50,820 nt of DNA, from NCBI GenBank assembly GCA_016839745.1, contig JAEOTS010000001.1, positions 1 to 50,820 of the forward strand. The letters run 5' to 3'. The translations under genes and the position numbers were made by a program. The DNA is from Promethearchaeota archaeon (GTDB lineage: Archaea > Asgardarchaeota > Lokiarchaeia > Sigyniarchaeales > SOKP01). Shown here one piece after another: positions 29,433 through 38,862 of the stretch (its first letter is position 1; every line of letters starts with the position of its first letter). The notes beneath the pieces are model-generated. The model was not told the DNA's origin, did no database searches, and saw only the letters and a program-made list of their open reading frames with translations.

Positions 29433-30940
29433 GAAATATACCTGATTAAGAGATCTTGGGTACGATTTAGGAATTCTTGCAGATTTTGATTAATTTGTTC
29501 TTTTTTGTTTTCTTCATCTAATAGAAAAAGAACATACATATCGTAATTTAACACGCGTATTTTCTTAAACAAAATAACTGAGTCTGAAACTTTAAATGTT
29601 GCTTCATCTTTCTCTGTGGCTTTGAAATTTGAAAATATTTTAAATAGCATAGTAAATTGTGGAGCCACTACCTCAAATACATTCAATAAATCCTCAGACT
29701 TTTGCATCTCAGTGATTTGTAGTGCTTTAGGCGTAAAAGATTCAGCTAATACTAATCCATCGCTACTAAGGAGGAGAATTAAAGAAGCGCCTGTTGCTGA
29801 AGAAAATTCGCGAAGATTATGTTCGACTAAATTCCTATTTGGGCTGAGTTTAGCTATTCCTGAAGAAAAGGCTCTTAAAATAGAGAAAATTTGAAAAAGA
29901 CTCGTTATATAAATTTCGGGAGGTTTATCCGGAGATAGTTTAGCTAGCTTACTTGTTACTGATTTTATATGGCTTTTAATTTCTTTAGATTGAATAATAT
30001 CAGAATCTCCTTTCGATAAAACATAGATAATTGGTGTTTTCTGTTCTAATTGCGCCAACGCCTTTTTCATATTATTAAGATATTCTATGCTTTCTTCAAA
30101 GCGATCTTTATCTCTGATATCAATAAAATAGAATAATAAATCTGCTTCGAACAAGTAAATTTGAGCTTTACTAAGGTACCTTTCGTGGTACTGCTTTTGA
30201 CCCCCTAAATCCCACAAGAAAATAGTTGCTCCCAGCGCTTCTATTGAACTCACATCTGCACCTCTGGTTGGGCTTAGTCCGATCAACTTTGAGAATTTTC
30301 TGTCAATTGAAAGCAAAAAGCTCGTTTTTCCACTATTGTCCAAACCAGCGAATAAAATTTTCATTTTTCTCTGGGAAGATATGGGAGTGGAAGGAGTGTG
30401 TTCAATAGTAATAATCTTTCGTAGAAGCCTTTTAAAGTCTGATTCTACCTTCTCTTGAGGTTGAAATTCAGCAGTTATTTTATTATCAAATTTAGAAAAA
30501 AAATCTATTACGATGTTTTTAAGTCTATTAATATTATTGTATAGAAAACTCCTTTTTTTCTCGTCTATTAAAATGCAGAAAGCACTTGCTGTTGGCATTT
30601 CAGTAGACTTTGTATCGATAAAGTGAAAGAACGTAAGAGATGTTAGTTGAAGATCTGGAAAGGGAATAATTCCAAAGTATTGGTAATTTTTCAATATATT
30701 AATTTCTTTATTATATACAGCTCCATCCCCTATTAAGAGAGAAATATTTTTGATGGCTATCTGGATGTATTCCCTCAAAGAGATCGTAAGTATATTTTTA
30801 GCCCTATCCTCTTTTTTTTTATTTTCTAATTCTTCTGTCTCTAATGGTTTAGGAAACATATAAATTGGCTGAGGACCTAGCTTATCGAAAGCGCAAAAGA
30901 CCAATCCTTTGATGATTGAAGATTCAATTAATTTGTCCAT
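29429..30940 (-). CDS. Longin + Arf/Rag-like GTPase + roadblock fusion
   Basis: AFDKLGPQP N-terminus; GLDNSGKTS, PTRG, WDLGGQ, SKGD and TSLF; C-terminal ILLLSSDGLVLA roadblock-like start. Confidence 0.85.
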   Translation of the reverse strand: MDKLIESSIIKGLVFCAFDKLGPQPIYMFPKPLETEELENKKKEDRAKNILTISLREYIQIAIKNISLLIGDGAVYNKEINILKNYQYFGIIPFPDLQLTSLTFFHFIDTKSTEMPTASAFCILIDEKKRSFLYNNINRLKNIVIDFFSKFDNKITAEFQPQEKVESDFKRLLRKIITIEHTPSTPISSQRKMKILFAGLDNSGKTSFLLSIDRKFSKLIGLSPTRGADVSSIEALGATIFLWDLGGQKQYHERYLSKAQIYLFEADLLFYFIDIRDKDRFEESIEYLNNMKKALAQLEQKTPIIYVLSKGDSDIIQSKEIKSHIKSVTSKLAKLSPDKPPEIYITSLFQIFSILRAFSSGIAKLSPNRNLVEHNLREFSSATGASLILLLSSDGLVLAESFTPKALQITEMQKSEDLLNVFEVVAPQFTMLFKIFSNFKATEKDEATFKVSDSVILFKKIRVLNYDMYVLFLLDEENKKEQINQNLQEFLNRTQDLLIRYIS

Positions 30941-31021
30941 TAGATGGAGTTTCTTGTATATTATTTTCTAATAATAAATGGTAGGAAATTTAATTATATA
31001 TAGCTTTATTCTAGAACATTA

Positions 31022-31987
31022 ATGCTAGAAAAAATTGCAGACTATATACGAAATAACAAGAATATTCTAGAAAAAGAAGAACTTAATCCTATTGTTCATT
31101 TCATTAGCACGAACTCTTTTAAGAGTCCTCGTATCTTTTCTGATGTAGGACAAGATTCTGCTGCCATTACAAACGATAATGATATGTACACCTTGGTTTC
31201 AACGGATAGGATAAAAACAAGCTACATCGAAAAATACCCTTTTGGTGCGGGATTTAGTTCTATCTTAGTTGGGGTTGATGATATTTATGCTTGTGGGGGA
31301 ACACCATTAGCCGCAACCATTATTATTTCCTTTAAAGAACAAAAAATTGGTCAAAAAATGATTGAAGGTGTCTGCGAAGGCTCAAACAAATTTAAGGTTC
31401 CTATAATTAGAGGTCATACCAATACGAAAGAGTATTACGAATTAAGTTCCACCTTAATAGGTGAAATCAAGAGTAGTGACTATATATCTGCAATCAACGC
31501 CCAAGAAAACGATAATATAATTTTAGCTGTAGATTTTGATGGACAAATAGGAAGAGCAAGTAAGCTACATTGGGACACAGTAACACACAAATCTTCTGAA
31601 GAAGTTTTATATAAGAGAACATCTATGAATGTCATCGCTAAACGACATCTTGTAAACGCTTCAAAAGATGTGTCAAACGCAGGAATTTTCGGCACAATTT
31701 TACAACTAATAAAATATTCTAAAGTCGGAGCAGATATTAATGTTGAAAAGATCGTTATTCCTCCTAAACTAGTAGAAAGAGGTTACGATCTAAAAACCTA
31801 TGTGCAAATGTTTTTAACAACTTCTTATATTTTAACCGCACCAGAAGAGGCATGCCAGGAGGTATTAAAGATTTTCAACGATCATGACATGTCTGCTGTT
31901 GTAATTGGAAGGATAAGGAATGAATCGGAATTGAATATTAATGATGGTAAGGACTCAATTAAAGTTTTTTACTTGACTTTATACTAA
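31022..31987 (+). CDS. AIR synthase-related (PurM/ThiL/SelD superfamily) protein
   Basis: GQDSAAI, DDIYACGGTP, VPIIRGHT and KDVSNAGIFGT. Confidence 0.8.
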   Translation: MLEKIADYIRNNKNILEKEELNPIVHFISTNSFKSPRIFSDVGQDSAAITNDNDMYTLVSTDRIKTSYIEKYPFGAGFSSILVGVDDIYACGGTPLAATIIISFKEQKIGQKMIEGVCEGSNKFKVPIIRGHTNTKEYYELSSTLIGEIKSSDYISAINAQENDNIILAVDFDGQIGRASKLHWDTVTHKSSEEVLYKRTSMNVIAKRHLVNASKDVSNAGIFGTILQLIKYSKVGADINVEKIVIPPKLVERGYDLKTYVQMFLTTSYILTAPEEACQEVLKIFNDHDMSAVVIGRIRNESELNINDGKDSIKVFYLTLY

Positions 31988-32106
31988 TTATTAAATAAAT
32001 ATTTCTATAAAAGAACTTTTCCGATTAGTATGCGATTAGTAAGCAATTTATATATAACTAAAACATTCTTTAATTATTAAAACAAAAATAAGGATGAAAA
32101 TCTAAG

Positions 32107-32826
32107 ATGGAAAGAAAGGAAAAATTATTTTTTGTGATTCTATTAAGTTTATCACTTTCAGCAATATTAACAAACGTTTTCGGACAAACAACTTATACAT
32201 GTAAAGTTAAGGATGGAGATGAGTATATTTTTACATGTACAAAATTAGAGGAAAGATTTCTGGGAATATCTGGATCAGGATTATGGGATGTCAATGCTGT
32301 TGGTGATAAAATTAAAGTCAAGATTACAGATATTAGAGAGACAGAGAGGGTTTTTTATATAGATTACGACAGATGGGAGCCTATATCTGAAGGTGAATTG
32401 TTTGGAGCTGTCTCAGAATTGACAGGCACACATGACCTCTATAATGATCCTTCTAATTCCCATCTACTTATTAAATTTATAGCACTTACCCCCGTAAGTA
32501 ATTATCTCGCAGAATATGCAGAAACAAACACCGGTTTATACGGTATATACGGAGTTCTTTCAAGTTCCGAAAATGTTTTAACCGAGCGTAGGCTCATTTA
32601 CGGCGAGTATTGGGAAGTAGTTATAGAATTTGACTCTAATGGGATTGCCTCTAAAATCCAATTCTCAATTGATGCTACAGTACTTTATGTTCTGACTAGA
32701 ACGGGTTTAGAAATTCCTGGATATGATCTACTAATGTTGATAGGATTAACCGCTATTACAGGCGTAATTATAATTTATATTGTAAAGAAAAAAGTGTTAA
32801 AATCAGAAGCTCAAGTAAATTTTTGA
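32107..32826 (+). CDS. Secreted surface protein with an IPGY-TM-KKK (Loki-CTERM-like) sorting signal
   Basis: N-terminal signal peptide; C-terminal EIPGYDLLMLIGLTAITGVIIIYIVKKK. Confidence 0.8.
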   Translation: MERKEKLFFVILLSLSLSAILTNVFGQTTYTCKVKDGDEYIFTCTKLEERFLGISGSGLWDVNAVGDKIKVKITDIRETERVFYIDYDRWEPISEGELFGAVSELTGTHDLYNDPSNSHLLIKFIALTPVSNYLAEYAETNTGLYGIYGVLSSSENVLTERRLIYGEYWEVVIEFDSNGIASKIQFSIDATVLYVLTRTGLEIPGYDLLMLIGLTAITGVIIIYIVKKKVLKSEAQVNF

Positions 32827-32917
32827 AAAGTAGGGAAGTAAGTAATATTACGTGTTAGATTACAGAAGACATCAAATTTTATTGATAAAAAATTATAAAA
32901 TATAATGTTGACAGTTT

Positions 32918-33478
32918 ATGAATTTTGATTTTAAAAGAAATTTTAAGGGAACTATCTCAATTATTGGCACGAGCGAAATCAACTCTGCAACAGAAGAAGT
33001 TACAATTGAATTAGGACGATTATTAGCTAAGAATCATTACGCAATTTCTTGCGGAGGACTTTCTGGTGTTATGGAAGCTGTTTGTAAAGGGGCAAAGCAA
33101 GAAGGTGGCTTTACAATAGGAATTATCCCTTTTGAAGACAAAAAGAAAGCAAATAAGTATGTAGATGTGGTTGTTCCGGTTCCATTTTCTCAAGCTCGAA
33201 ATGTTATTGTCGTGTTAAGCGGTGATGCATGTGTTGCAATAGAAGGAAAAGCAGGTACGCTATCTGAGATGTGTTTTGCTTGGATATATGGGAAACCAAT
33301 TATTGCACTAACTGGGGGAATTAACGGTTGGTCATCGAAGATGGCAGGAACGAAAATTGACGATAGGAGAAGTGACACAATTTATGGCGCTAAAACGGCT
33401 CAAGAAGTAGTTGAAAAACTCAATAATATATTTAAATCTCTCCCTAATATTACATATGATATGCCAACGGAGTTCTAA
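32918..33478 (+). CDS. TIGR00725/LOG-family Rossmann-fold protein
   Basis: CGGLSGVMEA, GGFTIGIIP, ARN and GKAGTLSE. Confidence 0.88.
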   Translation: MNFDFKRNFKGTISIIGTSEINSATEEVTIELGRLLAKNHYAISCGGLSGVMEAVCKGAKQEGGFTIGIIPFEDKKKANKYVDVVVPVPFSQARNVIVVLSGDACVAIEGKAGTLSEMCFAWIYGKPIIALTGGINGWSSKMAGTKIDDRRSDTIYGAKTAQEVVEKLNNIFKSLPNITYDMPTEF

Positions 33479-33665
33479 AAACAGCAACTCTTATTAATCA
33501 TTAAATAAATGGAACTTTATTTGAGAAAATATCGCTTCTCTTTTCTTAAAAATGCTAAAGATTTTAATATTTAAGTTTAAGATAATTTTATAAGAATGAT
33601 TGCAATATTATCTTACATAAGAATATATACAAAAATTACATTTTCTAATTCAAGGTGATTCTTTT

Positions 33666-34634
33666 TTGGCAATTCAATATTTAACTAAAGAAAAGAAGGA
33701 TAAGAAGAAAGTTACCTCAGCTTCAAAGCTACTCTTTACTGGCTTAGACAACGCTGGCAAAACGACAATAATCTACGGAATCCAGCGTGAATTCTCGAAA
33801 ATAGCTTTCCTTAAGCCAACTCGTGGAGCTCAAAGGCGAATATTTGAGTTCATGGGACGAGAAATCGCAGAATGGGATTTAGGAGGGCAAATTTCTTACC
33901 GAATTTCTTATTTGAAAAACCCTGGAAAATATTTCGATGACACGGAAATAGCCGTTTATGTAATAGATGTTCAGAATAAAATAAGGTTACCTGAAGCAAT
34001 TAGCTATCTTAAAGATGTTGTAGAACAATTCAGAAAACTCGAAATCGCCCCGCCTATTTATATATTTCTCCATAAATATGATCCCGCATTAAAACGAAAC
34101 GCTTTAAACGAAATGAAAAATCTCGAAGTAGAAATAAAAGAAAAAATAAAAAAAAATGTGGAATATAAACAAATCTTTTATTATAACACAAGCATCTACG
34201 ACCTTCCTTCAATCATAAAAGCTATGTCAGAAATACTATTAAGTTTATATTCAAAATCAGAATTAATAGAAAAAACGATTTTCGAGTTTGGTAAAAAAAC
34301 ATATTCAGATGGGATTGTTTTACTTGATGACAATTCTTTAATCATAGGAAGTTATTATAAGGATGATGAAACAAAGAATTTGCTTTCTGCTAGCACTCCC
34401 TATTTTCTAACCCTTAATGATAGCTTTGTTTTTACCGAAGTTCAGCCCAGCCGTAAAGAAGAGGAAAATCATATGGTTGTTCAAAGATTCGGCAGAAATT
34501 TCATATTTAAGCAACTGTCTTTAAAAGAAGGTATTAATCCATATTATCTTCTCATGCTCAAGCAAGACACTCACATCAATAAAGAAGATATAGATTGTTT
34601 TTCTAACTTATTGAAAGAGATACTTTACAGCTAA
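33666..34634 (+). CDS. Rag/Gtr-like small GTPase with C-terminal roadblock domain
   Basis: GLDNAGKTT, PTRG, WDLGGQ, Rag-type G4 HKYD and G5 TSIYD; IVLLDDNSLIIG; AAGGTGA SD before the TTG. Confidence 0.88.
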   Translation: MAIQYLTKEKKDKKKVTSASKLLFTGLDNAGKTTIIYGIQREFSKIAFLKPTRGAQRRIFEFMGREIAEWDLGGQISYRISYLKNPGKYFDDTEIAVYVIDVQNKIRLPEAISYLKDVVEQFRKLEIAPPIYIFLHKYDPALKRNALNEMKNLEVEIKEKIKKNVEYKQIFYYNTSIYDLPSIIKAMSEILLSLYSKSELIEKTIFEFGKKTYSDGIVLLDDNSLIIGSYYKDDETKNLLSASTPYFLTLNDSFVFTEVQPSRKEEENHMVVQRFGRNFIFKQLSLKEGINPYYLLMLKQDTHINKEDIDCFSNLLKEILYS

Positions 34635-34760
34635 CTCTTTTATTTTTTATATTTGTTTTTGTCAATATTAATAAAATTGTATTTTTTTACTACTATTATA
34701 GTCAAAACATTAAAAAAGTTATATTTCTGATTTTAACAATTAGTAGAAGAGATAAGTAAA

Positions 34761-35744
34761 ATGATTATTTGTTCCAACTGTGGGACTACAAACAACGAAA
34801 CAAGCGGGCGTATTTGTAGAAAATGTGGAGCGTTACTTCCAATTTCTAATAAACCTCCAAGAATAAAGATTTCTCCGAAAAAAGCAGAAAAACCACATAT
34901 TAAGGAACAGAGAGCTCCACCTCAAAAAAAAGAAGCTAAGAAGAAAACTGTTGCTAAGCCAGAAATCTTAGATCTTCACGAAATTCCTCAACCTGAAAAT
35001 GAAAGCGAGGAAGATTTTTTAGAGGATGACATAGAAAGCGAGTTGGATGAAGCAAATGATCATGGTGAAATTTTACAAGAAATTAAACCACAACCTTTCA
35101 GAGGTTCAATTATAGCAGATAAAGGCGTTTATGGACATCCTCAGCAAACAAAAATATCAGCAGATTCAAAATCTGGAAAATCTCAAAGTGCTCTCATTTC
35201 TTCCCCCAATATCGAATCAACTCTTCTAAAACAGAAACAATTAGAAGAAGATATGACGAAGGTACTTTCTTTTCTCTCAAAAAAGATTACAGTAAAACCT
35301 CTGAAAACGCTTAAAAAAGACGAGAAAATTAAAGAGGAGCCAGAAAAGGTCATTCCTCCTTCAAGTATGAGCGAAATTTTAAAAGATCTTTTGAAATTGG
35401 ATTTACACATTGAAGCCTCTGCGATCATAAAGAACGATGGTACCATACTTGCTTCGGCAATTAGTTCGAGGATATCTGATTCTCTGTTTGCCACAATTGG
35501 CCAGAATTTATCCATGATTGGTAATGATATTATTAAAGGATTAAGTGCTGGAACTTTGTTGAACATTTCCATTAGGGGTTCTAATGGAGTTTTAGATCTT
35601 GCGCCTATTGGGTCCAAAGACACTAAGGGAGGTGATATGATTTTGATAATCCTTTCACACCCTCGAGTGAAGAGTGGAATCATACATTTCGCCGTATCTA
35701 TTGTAAGTAAACAAGTAAAACAGTACCTAGGATTATCAAAATAG
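34761..35744 (+). CDS. Zinc ribbon + disordered linker + roadblock/LAMTOR-like domain
   Basis: CSNCG...CRKCG; IEASAIIKNDGTILASA...ISIRGSNG. Confidence 0.8.
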   Translation: MIICSNCGTTNNETSGRICRKCGALLPISNKPPRIKISPKKAEKPHIKEQRAPPQKKEAKKKTVAKPEILDLHEIPQPENESEEDFLEDDIESELDEANDHGEILQEIKPQPFRGSIIADKGVYGHPQQTKISADSKSGKSQSALISSPNIESTLLKQKQLEEDMTKVLSFLSKKITVKPLKTLKKDEKIKEEPEKVIPPSSMSEILKDLLKLDLHIEASAIIKNDGTILASAISSRISDSLFATIGQNLSMIGNDIIKGLSAGTLLNISIRGSNGVLDLAPIGSKDTKGGDMILIILSHPRVKSGIIHFAVSIVSKQVKQYLGLSK

Positions 35745-35761
35745 AAAAAATTGGTTTATTT

Positions 35762-36559
35762 TTAGAGTAATTGTTTTTGAGCAATTATTTTTGAGATTTT
35801 TACTGTTTTAAAATATTGTAAATTAAACTGTAGTTCATGCAAAAAAGAATTTAAATTATGTATTCCCACAAGAGGAACAGAATTTTCATTAATCTTAATC
35901 CAATTAGGCTCTAATGTTACCATAATTGGAATTAGAGTAAACGGTAATCTTTTCCGAACGTTACAACTCATTCCTAATAGTCTCTGAATTAAATCCGAAA
36001 TTGTCTCAGGATTTTTTTTTAAAGCAACGACTCTTTGGTATTGTAAATTCGCAGCTTTATTCATAGCACCATAAGAATCTTTCCTTTTCCATTGTTTAGC
36101 GTCAATTATGAGTATATAACTTTGATAAATACCTATAACATCAATTTCGTACCGCTTTTGAGATGTTTCGTATTTCAGATTCGATCTATCAGAAAACCTA
36201 AAATTCTTAATTGTTCTAAAATTGTTTTGAGATAAAATCTCTTGAATTAAAGCTTCAAATCCGTCATAATTTAATAATATAGACAAATGATTAACATCTA
36301 ACTCTAAAAATTGAACACACCGAGTAATAAAGATAATTTTATTTATCACAATGTAATTAGTATAATTTCCTTTCTGAATAGAAATAAAATCAAACCTTTC
36401 TAAAAACTCGCGGAGTTTTAAATCACTAAAATTCTTGAAAAATTCAATTTCTGAAATTTCAAACCATAATTGGATTACCTCAGAATTTCCCTCCCTTAGA
36501 AGATTATAAATTTCTAAGAAAAATTGTTTTAGCGATGGAGTTGAAAATAAATCAGACAT
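35762..36559 (-). CDS. PD-(D/E)XK endonuclease-fold protein (Mrr/NERD-like)
   Basis: FEALIQEIL, EIDVIG and IIDAKQW. Confidence 0.75.
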   Translation of the reverse strand: MSDLFSTPSLKQFFLEIYNLLREGNSEVIQLWFEISEIEFFKNFSDLKLREFLERFDFISIQKGNYTNYIVINKIIFITRCVQFLELDVNHLSILLNYDGFEALIQEILSQNNFRTIKNFRFSDRSNLKYETSQKRYEIDVIGIYQSYILIIDAKQWKRKDSYGAMNKAANLQYQRVVALKKNPETISDLIQRLLGMSCNVRKRLPFTLIPIMVTLEPNWIKINENSVPLVGIHNLNSFLHELQFNLQYFKTVKISKIIAQKQLL

Positions 36560-36628
36560 AATCCAATTTATGCTAATGTTCTAAAATAAATGAAGGAGAG
36601 CAATGATATAATGATTAATTATCAGAAC

Positions 36629-37054
36629 TCAATTAGAATTATCTGAACTTTCAATTAATTTTTTAACTTCATTATATTCGTCTATAACTCCTGTGTAAAT
36701 GAATTCTTTAAATTCTTCCACATCGTTACAATCTGCTATTTTTTCCTCTAAATCTTTATAGGGAAATCCTATTCTTGTATTCTGTAGACGCGCAATTTCG
36801 AAACCAAATTTTGACAGCGAATAACTAACTAACTCTCTTATGAGAGGTGCTGTTAATATTTTAAGATTGGACGATGTTATAAAGCGAAAAACATCAATAG
36901 TTATTTTTTCGGCATCTTGCTCAGAAAGATCCGTTTCTTTAAGCAATGAGATGTAAATTCGATTGGGATCAAATTTATCTTTTTTCACGATCCCCGATTT
37001 TTTATCTTTAAAGAGCACTTCTGGTAACGAATCATAAATTTTTTCTTCAAACAT
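36629..37054 (-). CDS. Stand-alone ATP-cone domain protein (NrdD N-terminus-like)
   Basis: KFDPNRIYISLLKET, LTAPLIRELV and TRIGFP; ATG at 37054 preferred. Confidence 0.75.
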   Translation of the reverse strand: MFEEKIYDSLPEVLFKDKKSGIVKKDKFDPNRIYISLLKETDLSEQDAEKITIDVFRFITSSNLKILTAPLIRELVSYSLSKFGFEIARLQNTRIGFPYKDLEEKIADCNDVEEFKEFIYTGVIDEYNEVKKLIESSDNSN

Positions 37055-37434
37055 TTTTTCTCCAACATGCAAGACGAAATTGTTTATTTGATGATAATAA
37101 TTAAGAAAGTAATCATTCTCAATAAAAGCAATTATTAATTTTTTATTAATTCTAATTAAATACTAGGAGAATAGTACTCTAAGAATTTACTAGTTTATTT
37201 CAGGGATTACCATTAGTTTAAGATTGCTTTTCTAATTTTATTAGGATTGTTTGTTATTTTTAAAAAATAAAGATTTAATTAAAAATTCTTTTTTAATATA
37301 TTAGAATAATATAATATTTTAAATCAGTTTAGAAGAATTAGGAAAAGTAGAATTATATCTTTTGATTTAAAAGCCGCGAATCATTGCTTACTTTCTTTTA
37401 AATCTATAGGAATATCAAGGGATTTCATAGAATT

Positions 37435-38847
37435 ATGTCAAAAACAAAGAACAATATAATCAAGTCAATCGTTTTAAGTTTGTTTGATGACGATGGACCA
37501 ACGCCAAAAATATATTGGCCAGAAATGATGGATGAATCTTCGAGGCTATTGATTGCTATGAAAACTATTTCCCTATTGATGGGCGATACGGTATATCAAA
37601 ATGGCACTTCCACTGAAGATGTAAATTATTTTGGAATTTTGCCTTTTCCAGATTTAAAATTAAACGGTTTAACTTACTTTTTCTTAATATTGGATCCAAC
37701 AGCTCGTGGGAATGCTAAAGCAGCGACTATAACTGTTTTGATTGATGAAGACGATCGTGTTTTTTTCTACGAAAACATGAAATACCTAAGAATTATAATA
37801 GATAGTGCAGCTTCAAAGGTTCAAACGGCGAAAACTCTTGACGAAAATCAAGTTATAATGGACGAATTAAAAGGAGAATTGTTCGAATTTACTAGCGAAA
37901 TAAAAGACCCCTTTTCATTAAAGCGTCAAATTAAGATTCTTATGACCGGTTTAGATCGCGCGGGAAAAACTAGTTTTCTTCATGCCGTTAAAAAGAGATA
38001 CTCTAAAATTATTAAAACGCTTCCAACGAAAGGAGTAGCGAGAAGTGAAGAGAAAATTTTTGATGAACAAAATTCAACCATATCAGTATGGGATCTTGGA
38101 GGTCAAAAAACTTATCGAGAAAAATTTCTTGAACAACGAAAGGTATACTTATACAACGTAGATTTACTCTTTTATTTTATAGATGTTCAAGACTCTTCAC
38201 GAATTAACGAATCTGTCGATTTATTCAGTAAAGTAATAGATTCACTTATAGAATTAGAAGAATTTCCTCCAATTGTTGTATGTCTAAATAAATGCGATCC
38301 AGACATAAAGAAATCAGGAGATATTAGAGCTAATATTAACGCTATTATTGAAAAAATTAATGAAGTCTCTAAGCGGTTTTTCATAAAAATTTTTGAAACC
38401 TCTATCTTCGATGGATTTTCGTTAATATCTGCTTATTCCTACGGATTATCGCAATTATCTCCTAATAGAGAATTGTTCGAGAATCAATTGAAGCATTTTG
38501 CTAAGAAAATCAACTCAGATGCAATACTTTTACTTAACGAAAATGGAATAATATTATCGAATTTCTCTAGAATCGGCATTTCTGAAAAGGTTTTTGAAAT
38601 CTCTGCTCCACATTTTCAAACTCTATACAAAACATTTAAGGAATTTAAATTGCTCAAGCAAGATTTCCTAATTTCTTCAGGAATAACTGACGAATCAAAA
38701 AAAATAATATTTAAAAGGATTACAGTTGAAAAATACAACCTATATTTATTGATGTTTATGGAAAAAGACTTAAATCTAGATAAGATTGAAAAATTTTTAC
38801 CTAAATTTTCAAAAAATCTTAACGATTTAATTCAAACCTATATCTAA
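37435..38847 (+). CDS. Longin + Arf/Rag-like GTPase + roadblock fusion
   Basis: SLFDDDGPTP and DPTARG; GLDRAGKTS, PTKG, WDLGGQ, NKCD and TSIFD; AILLLNENGIILS; clear paralog of 29429-30940. Confidence 0.88.
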   Translation: MSKTKNNIIKSIVLSLFDDDGPTPKIYWPEMMDESSRLLIAMKTISLLMGDTVYQNGTSTEDVNYFGILPFPDLKLNGLTYFFLILDPTARGNAKAATITVLIDEDDRVFFYENMKYLRIIIDSAASKVQTAKTLDENQVIMDELKGELFEFTSEIKDPFSLKRQIKILMTGLDRAGKTSFLHAVKKRYSKIIKTLPTKGVARSEEKIFDEQNSTISVWDLGGQKTYREKFLEQRKVYLYNVDLLFYFIDVQDSSRINESVDLFSKVIDSLIELEEFPPIVVCLNKCDPDIKKSGDIRANINAIIEKINEVSKRFFIKIFETSIFDGFSLISAYSYGLSQLSPNRELFENQLKHFAKKINSDAILLLNENGIILSNFSRIGISEKVFEISAPHFQTLYKTFKEFKLLKQDFLISSGITDESKKIIFKRITVEKYNLYLLMFMEKDLNLDKIEKFLPKFSKNLNDLIQTYI

Positions 38848-38862
38848 TAACTTAAAAAAATA

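Noticed and set aside
31022-31987. Selenophosphate synthetase SelD
   Set aside because: It lacks the N-terminal Cys/Sec-x-x-Lys motif and is better treated as a generic AIR-synthase-related protein
24474-36559. Anti-phage defence island (macro domain, LOG-like protein, PD-(D/E)XK nuclease)
   Set aside because: The genes are scattered among housekeeping genes, each is common as a singleton in archaea, and no island boundaries or integrase were seen
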